Below are positions 55,140 through 64,000 of a DNA stretch of 64,000 nucleotides, one piece after another (positions within the stretch are counted from its first letter, which is position 1; every line of letters begins with the position of its first letter). The position numbers and the translations under genes are program-made. The notes under the pieces were generated by a model. The model worked only from the letters and a program-made list of their open reading frames with translations, did not search any database and was not told the origin of the DNA. The DNA comes from an uncultured Planctomycetaceae bacterium (GTDB lineage Bacteria > Planctomycetota > Planctomycetia > Pirellulales > PALSA-1355): positions 1,280,001 through 1,344,000 of the forward strand of contig CAWAUV010000008.1 in the NCBI GenBank assembly GCA_963785305.1. The letters run 5' to 3'.

Positions 55140-56652
55140 TTAGATGCCGTAAAGCGGCCCTAGTTTGCCCCGGAGGTAATCCACCAGCGGGGCATGTTCG
55201 AGCGGGCGGCCGGTCAATCGCTCGATCAGTTCCGCGGCGGTATCGCGCTGACCGACGCGATGCACATGCGCATGCAGCCAGTCGCCCAACGGTCGAAATT
55301 CGCCGCGGGCAAACGACTCGGCCAGCGGGCCAACGTCTTTTTCCGCTTGGGCATACAACTGGGCCGCATGGAGATTGCCCAGCGAATAGGTCGGAAAATA
55401 GCCGACCAAACCAGCCGCCCAGTGGATGTCTTGCAACACGCCCAGGCTATCGTTCGGCGGCTCGATGCCCAAATATTCACGATACTTCGCATTCCAAGCC
55501 GCGGGCAGATCGCCGACGCGCAGATTGTCGGCCAGGAGCTCTTGCTCGAGCTCGAAGCGAATGAGGATATGCAAATTGTAGGTGGCTTCGTCGGCTTCCA
55601 CGCGCACCAGCGACGGCTGCACGTCGTTGATGGCGAAATAGAAATTATCGAGCGTTTCCTCGGCGAGCGCATCTGGAAAAGTTTGCCGCGCCGCCGGAAA
55701 GAAATGCCGCCAAAACGCATGCCCGCGGCCAACCAGATTCTCCCACATTCGGCTTTGCGATTCGTGAATGCCCAGCGAAATCGCCTCGCCGGTCGGCAGC
55801 CCATAATCCTCGGGCGCCAGGCCCTGATCGTAGAGCCCATGGCCGGCTTCGTGCAAAATGCCGAAAAATGCGGTCGAGAAAAAGTTTTCGTCGTAGCGGG
55901 TCGTGATGCGGCAATCGTTCGGTCCGACGCCGGAGCAGAACGGATGCACGGTGGTGTCGAGCCGGCCGCGACGAAAATCGAACCCGATCGCCGCCGCCGC
56001 CCCGCGTCCAAACGCTTCTTGCTGGGCCGCGGGGTAATGCCGCTTGAGCGGTGCGAGGTTCGGGCGGCGCTTGCTCGCCGCGATCTCGGCCACGAGCGGC
56101 ACCAGCTCCGCGCAGTTGCGTGAGCACCTCGGCCACATCCTTGGTCAGGGCGTGCGGTTCGTAATCGTCCAGGAGGGCATCGTAGGGTGAGTCGCTGTAG
56201 CCGATCGCCGCCGCTTGCTGCCGCTTGAGCGCGAAGGTCCGCGCCAGCAGCGGCTCGAACGACGCATAATCATTGTTGGCCCGGGCCGATTGCCAAACAT
56301 GCTGGGCGAGTGAGGCGGTTCGCGTGAGCTCCTCGACGAGCGACTGCGGCAACTTGCGCCGTTTGTCGAACTCGCGCCGCAGATGGTGAATCGTCGCGCC
56401 CGTGTCGCTGTGCGGATCGTCCGCGAGCCTGCTCGCGGCGAGCTCGGCGAGCCAATCGCCGATGCGCGGATCGGTGCGGCGCTGATGGATCATGCCGGCG
56501 AGCAGCGTGATTTGCTCGGCGCGAAACTCGGCGCCTTCGGCCGGGAGCAACGTGCGTTCGTCCCAGCCGAGCAGCCCTTCGGCCGCAATCAAAAGCGCGG
56601 TCTCCCGCGCGTGCTGGCAAAGTTGGTTGTAGATGTTTTGCGCGTCGGCCAT
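55140..56652 (-). CDS. carboxypeptidase M32 (Taq-type), frameshift near 56115
   Basis: YDALLDDYEP, HPFC, ITTRY, HEAGH, HESQSR, RVEADE, QDIHW, GYFPTY. Confidence 0.93.
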
Positions 56653-56852
56653 TGAGAATGGTTTCTGACGTTTGCCGGTCCCGAAGTGCAAAATTCGCGG
56701 CTCGCCGCTTTCCTGGCAAACGCCGCGAACATTCTTTCGCCGCTGCCGGATGCGGGCTTCACGATGGCGAGCCTAATGTGGTTGGCGGCGCGATGCAAGA
56801 GCCCCCACTCATATTCTGGAATCGCGGCGTCGACCGGGAGCCGCAAGCCGCT

Positions 56853-58309
56853 TCACTTCCCGATGCAGAATCGGCTGAACACGCGGTCGAGGATATCATC
56901 GGCGGCGATCGCGCCGGTCACTCGGCCCAGGGCGTCGAGCACGCGCGCAGTTCGGCGGCGATCAGTTCCTCGCCACCGCCTTGCTCAAGCAGCGCCAAGG
57001 CCGCCGAGAGCGATTCGCGCGCCGCGGCAAGGCTGGCGCGCGTGCGCTCGGCCGTGGCCAACACCGCGCCGCCCTCGCGCCGCGCTGGGCTTGCCAGGCG
57101 GCGCGCGAGCTCGCCTTTCAAGGAGTCGAGCCCGGCGCCGGTCGCGGCGCTGGTCACGATGGGGGATCGCGAACCCAAGCCGGCGATGATTGCCCCTTGG
57201 CTCGCGGCGTCGGGGCTCGAAGCCGCTGGCGCGTAGGCAATCGGCCTTGGTGACCACGATGAGCATTCGTTCGTCGGCCGCAGTTAGTTGCGAATGTTCC
57301 CAAGCGTCGAGCGGGCGCGTGGCGTCGAGGCAAAGCACGATCACATCGCCGCGCTCGCGCTCGCGCGCCGTGCAATGCCGCGCTGCCGCCGCCAACGTGA
57401 TCGGCGCGATTGCCTCAACAAGCTCGGGCGCCAAGCTTTCGTCGGCGCCGGCGGTGTCGATCAGTTCGCAGCGAGAGCCTGGCAATTCGAGTCTCGCGGA
57501 AACATAGTCGCGCGTAACGCCCGGGCGGTCGGCCACGATCGAGGCGTCGGCGCCGGCGAGCGCATTGAACAGGCTGCTTTTGCCGACATTGGGCCGGCCG
57601 CAGAACACCACGCGGGGCCTGTCCGCGGCCACGGCGCGTTCGGCCATTTGCCGCTCGACTTGCGTCACGCCGTCGCGAGCCTCTGCCAGTTTTCGCGTCA
57701 GCTCGGCGGCGGTGATGAACTCGATGTCTTCTTCCACGAAATCGAGCCCGGCCTCGAGCTCGGCCAAGAGATCGAGCAGTTGCTCGCGCGCCGCCCGCAA
57801 GGGACCGGTCAGCCCGCCGGCGAGTTGCTCGAGGGCAATGTTCAAATCATGGCGCCCCTGGGCATCGATCACGCCGAGCACCGCTTCGGCCTGGGCGAGG
57901 TCGATCCTTCCGGCCAAAAACGCCCGGAGCGTAAACTCGCCCGGCTCGGCCGCTCGCGCGCGGCGGCGATCGCCGCTCGCAGCACTGCGGCCACGAGCGG
58001 CTCGGCGCCAAACAGGTGCAGCTCCGCCAGCGGTTCGCGCGTGTAGCTGCGGGCGCCGGGCCAGAAGAATAAATCGACCGGGATACGAAGCGGCTCATGG
58101 GCCTCCGACCCGGCGGCCGCGGGGGGCGTCGCCACGCTGCCCGACACTCGCGTCGGCGCGGTGATCGGGTCGAGCGAGCGCGCGTCGTCGGACTGAAACA
58201 AGGCGCCAAGAACTTCGCGCGCTCGCGGTCCGCTCGAGCGCACGATTGCCCGGCCGGCGCCGCCCGGCGGCGAGGCAATGGCCGCGATCGTGTCGCCCAG
58301 ATGATACAT
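56853..58309 (-). CDS. mnmE: tRNA modification GTPase (frameshifts)
   Basis: [42 protein letters not shown]-terminal FSRFCIGK. Confidence 0.93.
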
Positions 58310-58354
58310 CGTGTTCGTGCGCCGGATTCTCGCTGGGGCCGTTCGCCGCGGCGC

Positions 58355-60758
58355 CTACTTGCGGCCGCGTTGCTTGGCCGATTTGCGCGGCGGATCATTG
58401 GCGCGGCCGGCGCCATTGGCGGAATCGACCGAGGGCGGCGCCAGCGGCGTGGCGGCCGTGGGCGATTTCGACGTGCCCGGCGGATGCAGCAGCTTGCGCT
58501 CGACGATGCCCCAGGTGCTCGAGGCGATGAAGTACAAGCACAAGCCGCTCGGCACTTTGAAAAACGTGATGCCCATGAAGACCATCATGTATTTCATGAT
58601 CTTTTGTTGCATTTCGGTGGCTTCATCGGTGGCAGGCGGCATGAACATTTTTTGCTGCCAGAGAAACAGACCGATCGTGACGATCGGAAACACATTGAAA
58701 TATGGCCCCACCGCGAAAATGCCGTTGCCCTCGTTGACCCAGTCGGGCATGAAGCGGCTCCAGTTCCAGAGCATGTCGGGCGCCGCGAGATTCGAGCACC
58801 AGCGAATCGAATCGCTAATTAGCGGCGCTTGCCGCAACTCGACATCCACGGCCAGCGAACGGTAGAGGCCCATGAAGATCGGCAACTGGATAAACGCCAT
58901 CAGACAGCCGCCAAACGGATTGAAGTTGTGCTTGGCGTACAATTCGCGCTGCGCTTTTTGCAACTGTTCGGGTTGCTTCTTGTATTTCTCCTGAATTGCC
59001 TTGATCTCGGGCTGAATCGACTGCATTTTCTGGGCGCTGAGCGCTTGTTTCTTGCTGAGCGGAAACATGCAGCCGCGCACCAGCACCGTGAGCATCACGA
59101 TCGCGATGCCGTAGTTATGCACGAGCCGATAAAAGCCGTGCAGCAGCATCAGCATCGGCTCGGCCACCCAGTCGAACCAGCCGTAGTAGATGAGTCCGCC
59201 CAGCCGCGCTTCGGGCGGTCCATAGTGATCCAAAAGCGCTGGCTGACGGGGGCCGAGAAACAGGGTGAACGAATGTTTCACCGCCGTGCGCGCCCGCTTC
59301 GAGCACGATCGGCTGGCTGGTCATGCGAAACGTGACATCGGTCAATTTGTAGTTGTCTTTTTCCTTGGGCACGTCGCCGGCCAGAATCGGCCGCACTTCC
59401 AAAAATCCGCTTTCCAGCTCCGGCGCCGGAATCAACGCGGTGGTGAAATACTGCGCGTCGACCGACACATATTGCACCGGCGACGTGGGCCACGCCGTGC
59501 TTTCCTTCTTGGCGATCGTGGCCGGCGCCACTTGGCCCGGCTTACCATGCTTGAATTTGCCCACCACATCGCGCAAGCCCACCGGCTCGAACCAGTAGCG
59601 GTTGATCTTGCTACCGTACCAGGCGCCTTCGAGCACCACGCCGGTAGGGCCATCGAATCGGTAGGCAATTTGCTTGTCGGCCTTGGCCGTGTTGCGCAGC
59701 TCGAGATCGATATCCAGATGATAGGCGGGCTGATCCGAGCCCAAGAGCGGATCGACTTTCGCCAGCCGATAGCGCTTCCGCACTTCGAGGCCCATGCTCG
59801 GCAACCGCTTGAGAAACACGGCCTCGGTCTCGTCGGCCGCTTCCACTTCCCAGCGCCTGCGCGCAGCTCGACTCCTGCGCAGCTCGGCGTCGCTGGGGGC
59901 GTCGTCCTCCAATCGCTTGTCGCCGACGCGCTCGAGCGTGAATAGCATCGAAAAGGGATCGTGCGCGTCGGTCACGACATCGAGCGGATGCGTGTCGTGC
60001 TCGGGCCGCAAAATCTGCACCGGCCGGCGACCCAGCTTGGGCGAGAGCTTGCGGCCATCGGCCAGCGCCAGTTCGATGATTTGGCCCGGCGTGGTGACTT
60101 CGAGCTTGGTTTCCATGTCGGCGGCCGAGAGGACCTTTTGTCCATCGATCGCCCAAACCACATCGCCCGGCTTCAGTCCGGCCTCGGCCGCGGGAGTGCC
60201 CCGGCCCACGATGCGCACCAGCGAGCCGGCTGCCTTGGGGGCATCGGTCGTGGCGAGAAAGCCGAGATAGCCGGCGCGGTCTTCGAGGTCGCTGTAGCGA
60301 TCGTTGTTGAGCTCGGCGCGTTCGATCGCCGCGCCCATGTTGGTGAGCGTCACCAGCATTCGGTAGGGATCGGCGGCATTGGCCGAACCGAGCGAAATCC
60401 ACTGGGGCTCGATTTTGGCTTCGGGCTTCTCGTCGGGCGCGGCCCGCGGCGCCTCATCGACGGGTTTTTCGGGGACCTGTTTTTCGGCGAGAGAGGCGTC
60501 GCTGTTCTTGGCGGTTTTCGCCGCATCGGCCGCTTCGTCGGGCTTGCCCTTCTCGGCATTGTTCTTGTCGGCGACATCTTTATCTTTGCCGGCAATATCC
60601 TTGTCGGCATTGGCATGCTCGCGATCGGCCTTGGCCTCCAGCCGATCCTTGTCGCGCAGGGCGACTTTTTTCGGCGGAAAGAGCCAACTCTGCACCGCGA
60701 GGTTCACGACCAGCACCAGTAGCGACGCGGCCAAGAAGGCCGCCATGCGTTTTTCCAC
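58355..60758 (-). CDS. yidC: membrane protein insertase YidC with PDZ insertion (frameshift near 59290)
   Basis: YGWF, NYGIAIVMLTVLVR, NPFGGCL, IQLPIF, PSGLCLYF; PDZ GTPAAEAGLKPGD. Confidence 0.93.
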
Positions 60759-61021
60759 GTTGAACTTGCTCCTCGATTCGCTGGACGGACTTCACACTGT
60801 CTCCAGGGACCCGCCCCAAGGAACAGCAATACATACACATGGGCGATGCTTCGCCGCTTCCCATCGCTCCGCGAACCGGCTGGCGATGGATGAACTCGGA
60901 CCGGCGGCGGGCCCGTTCGGCCAAACATTCCCGGGCCGGCGCGTCCCCAGTTCCGATGGCTCGTTCCGAGGACTCACCCCGATGGCTCGCCCCAATCGCG
61001 CTTCGCGGCCCGATCGCGCCC

Positions 61022-61833
61022 TTAGCGGCCCAGCCGCAGCCGGTCGCCGAGCGAGTTGTCCAAGTCCTGGATGTCGTAGATTTTGCGAGCTGTCTTATCG
61101 ACGTCGTACTCCACGCGACGAAACCGGAGCGTGGCGCCCGCGCCGGTCGCGTTTTCAATCGCGGCGGCCGAGCCCGGCGGAAACGCCGCGTTTGGCTCGC
61201 CATCTTCCAGCACCACATAGCAGGCGCGGGTCGCCATCGCGCGGCTGGCCGACCGAGCCGACATTGGTCATCGTCTTTTCATGACCGAAGCGATATTCGT
61301 AATTCAACTCTTCCGGCGTGCTGAAATTGAGGCTTTGGGTGAAGACGCCCGGCACATGCGTGTGTCCCTGAAAGCAATGATGCTCGATCACGGCGAAGAT
61401 TTTTTCCATCTTCCGCGGATGCAGCGTGTCTTCGGGAAACACATATTCATTGAGCGGATTGCGCCGAGCCATGGACGAACAAAAAGCCGTTTTCCCGCCG
61501 GTTGCGCGGCAGTTCGCCCAAGAAGTCCCAGCGGCGGGCATTGTCGGCCGGATTGCCGCGCGACGATTCTAGCTGCTCGCGCGTCCAGAAAATGGCGCGC
61601 TCGGCGCTGGTGTTGAATCCTTCGGGATCGAAGAGCGCGCCCTGGTCGTGGTTGCCCAACAGGCAAAAATCGCACTGCATCACTAGGTCGATGCACTCGC
61701 GCGGATTGGGACCATAGCCGATAATGTCGCCCAGACAGTAGACCTGCGTGATCCCCTGGCCGCGAATATCGGCGAGCACGGCTTCCAGCGCTTCGAGATT
61801 GCTGTGGATATCGCTGATTAATGCCCGTTTCAC
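61022..61833 (-). CDS. metallophosphoesterase (frameshifts)
   Basis: [42 protein letters not shown]. Confidence 0.9.
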
Positions 61834-62167
61834 ATCGAACTCACTGAATGAATGCTATCGCCGCTCGACGGACACCCCAAAAATCGCGAAACCGGCGCTG
61901 GCGCCACCGATCGGCCATCGCGCGCGTCCGATCGATCGGGCCCCATGTCGGCCCGATTGTCCGCCGGGGCGATGTCTCGAAGCTGCTCGACGGCGAAAAA
62001 TTCGCGCGAAGCCGAGAACATAAGTCTAAGACCAGTCAATTTTACCGTCAAGTCGGCCGCCCTCTTGCCCTCGGAGCCCGAAAGCGGCACATTGGCGAAT
62101 GGGTCGCCGCTGGGCCGCGAATTTCGCGCTCCCGGCCATCAATGCCCGACACACTTTTTGTAGCCGT

Positions 62168-62860
62168 ATGCGAATTCTAGCTTTGGAAACCAGCGGTCTT
62201 GCCGGCGGCGTGGCGGCGCTTGTCGACGGCGTCGTGCAATCGGCCCAATCGTTGCCCCCCGAACGTCGCAGCGCCCAAACCTTGGCTGCCGGCCTCGAAC
62301 GCCTGCTGGCCCAGGTCGGCTGGCGGCCCGGCGATGTCGAGCTCGTGGCCGTGGCCCAGGGGCCGGGCTCGTTTACGGGCCTGCGCGTCGGCGTGACCAC
62401 GGCCAAGACGCTGGCCTACGCGATCGGCTGCCCGGTGCTGGGAGTGAGCACGCTCGAGGCGATCGCGCTCCAAGCGCCGGCGGAATTCTCCTCGCTAGCC
62501 GTGGCGATGGACGCCCAGCGCGGCGAGCTGTTCGTCGGACGCTTCGCGCGCGATCCGGCCCGCGCCGACCAACTTTCATGGATCACCGACGCGGCGATCG
62601 AACCGGCGCGGGAGTTTCTCGAACGGCTCGCGCCGGGCGACGCCGCGACCGGCCCCGCGCTCGAAAAGCTGGAGGCCAAGGCGCCGGCGCACGCGCGAAT
62701 CGTGGCCCGCGAGTTTTGGCAGCCGGGCGCGGCGGCCGTGGGGCAGCTTGCTTGGCGCGATTTTGCCGCCGGCCGCCGCGACGACCCCTTCCAGCTCGCG
62801 CCGCTCTACCTTCGCCCCACCGCCGCCGAAGAACAATGGGCCCGCCGCGCGCCGGCTTGA
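62168..62860 (+). CDS. tsaB: tRNA threonylcarbamoyladenosine biosynthesis protein TsaB
   Basis: ILALETS, GPGSFTGLRVG, MDAQRGE, LAPLYLR. Confidence 0.93.
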   Translation: MRILALETSGLAGGVAALVDGVVQSAQSLPPERRSAQTLAAGLERLLAQVGWRPGDVELVAVAQGPGSFTGLRVGVTTAKTLAYAIGCPVLGVSTLEAIALQAPAEFSSLAVAMDAQRGELFVGRFARDPARADQLSWITDAAIEPAREFLERLAPGDAATGPALEKLEAKAPAHARIVAREFWQPGAAAVGQLAWRDFAAGRRDDPFQLAPLYLRPTAAEEQWARRAPA

Positions 62861-62952
62861 CCGGTTTCGGAATTCAGCGGCCACGCATTTCATTTCGCAT
62901 TCTTCTTCCGCTTCCGCTTTCGCCACCACCCAGACCACGATCGGATCTCTCC

Positions 62953-64000
62953 ATGCCTACTTTTTCCGCCGCTCAGCTCACGAACTATGCCGAGTCGCTT
63001 CTCGCCGCCGGTGGGCTCGAGCCGGACGAGGCGGCGCTCGTGGGCCGCAGTCTCGTCGAAGCGAACCTGCGCGGGCACGATTCCCATGGCGTGATGCGCA
63101 TTCCCGGCTATCTCGAGCAAGTGGCCAAGGGCGAGATCGTGCCCGGCGCTCCGCTCGAAGTGATTCGTGAAACGGCCGACGCGATCGTGGCCGACGGCCA
63201 CTGGGGATTCGGGCAAACGCAAGCCCAGCGGCTCACCGAGCGACTCGTCGAGAAAGCTCGCGCGGGCAGCGTGGCGGTGGGCACATTGATCCACTCGAGC
63301 CATATCGGGCGACTCGGCGAATATTGCGAACTGGCGGCCGACGCCGCGCTCGTGTCGATTGTGATGGCCAATACCCACGGCCACGCGCGGCGCGTCGCCC
63401 CGCCCGGCGGCAAAGCGCCGCGGCTGGGCACGAATCCGCTCGCCATCGGCGCGCCCCATGCCGAGGGGACTCTGGTGCTCGACTTCGGCACCAGCGCCAC
63501 CGCCGAGGGCAAGGTTCGCGTCAAACGCATTGCCGGCCAGATGTGCCCCGATGGCTGGCTGCTCGATAGCGACGGCCATCCGACAAACGACCCCAACACG
63601 CTCTACGGCAAGCCGCCCGGCACGATTCTGCCGATGGGCGGCGATCAGGCCTACAAAGGCTTTGGCCTGGGACTGATGGTTGAAATCTTCGCCGGCGCGC
63701 TTTCGGGCGGAGTCTGTATCCGCGAAACTCCGATCAACCAGAACGGCAACTGCGTGCTGATGCTGCTGCTCAATCCCGCAGGACTTGGCGGCGCGGCGCA
63801 CTACGCCAGCGAAGTCGCCGGCGTGGCCGAATTCATGCGATCATGTCCCCGAATCGAAGGCGTCGACGAAATCTTGCTCCCTGGCGATCCGGAGCGCCGC
63901 GCCGCGGCGATTCGCGGCAAGCAAGGCATTCCGCTCGACGACGGCAACTGGAACGAGCTCACGAAACTGGCGACCGGCTTGGGAGTGACGCCACCCGCGG
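62953..64000 (+). CDS. Ldh_2 family (malate/L-lactate-type) oxidoreductase, runs off window
   Basis: My translation: ANLRGHDSHGVMRI, HIGRLG, LGTNPLAIG, YKGFGLGLMVEI, LLPGDPE; absent from the ORF track because it has no stop in the window. Confidence 0.9.
   Translation, partial: MPTFSAAQLTNYAESLLAAGGLEPDEAALVGRSLVEANLRGHDSHGVMRIPGYLEQVAKGEIVPGAPLEVIRETADAIVADGHWGFGQTQAQRLTERLVEKARAGSVAVGTLIHSSHIGRLGEYCELAADAALVSIVMANTHGHARRVAPPGGKAPRLGTNPLAIGAPHAEGTLVLDFGTSATAEGKVRVKRIAGQMCPDGWLLDSDGHPTNDPNTLYGKPPGTILPMGGDQAYKGFGLGLMVEIFAGALSGGVCIRETPINQNGNCVLMLLLNPAGLGGAAHYASEVAGVAEFMRSCPRIEGVDEILLPGDPERRAAAIRGKQGIPLDDGNWNELTKLATGLGVTPPA

Noticed and set aside
1..64000. CRISPR arrays, tRNA and rRNA genes
   Set aside because: No regularly spaced repeat-spacer array, cloverleaf or rRNA-like sequence recognised by eye

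Overview
High-GC bacterial chromosome segment, most likely a planctomycete (PVC signature small basic protein, BBP2-type porin, PDZ-containing YidC). The backbone is ordinary: a Wzm/Wzt polysaccharide-export locus with a GT4+GH99-like fusion, a flgFGAHIJNKL flagellar cluster, S41 protease, lptF/G, tilS, rny-ymdB, sulfatase, ppdK, lpxA, mscS, M32 peptidase, mnmE, yidC and tsaB. Many core genes carry single-base frameshifts, which points to sequencing or assembly indel errors rather than real pseudogenes. The standout is a visibly lower-GC island at about 20.6-25.1 kb. A near-consensus sigma70 promoter drives a three-gene operon: a small ribbon-helix-helix protein, a small 2-TM membrane protein, and a ~794-aa long prokaryotic Argonaute with an apparently intact DEDD tetrad and an H-K MID pocket. 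A HEXXH metallopeptidase-like gene and a truncated SF1 helicase face it convergently. The island ends in nested IS debris (RAYT/REP, IS66, IS1380). Also present: a promoter-driven ~122-nt rod-like ncRNA candidate upstream of rny, an intact ISKra4/ISLre2-type IS with TIRs and a 9-bp TSD, a second internally deleted IS66 copy, and nested MITEs. All family assignments are by motif recognition; no searches were run.
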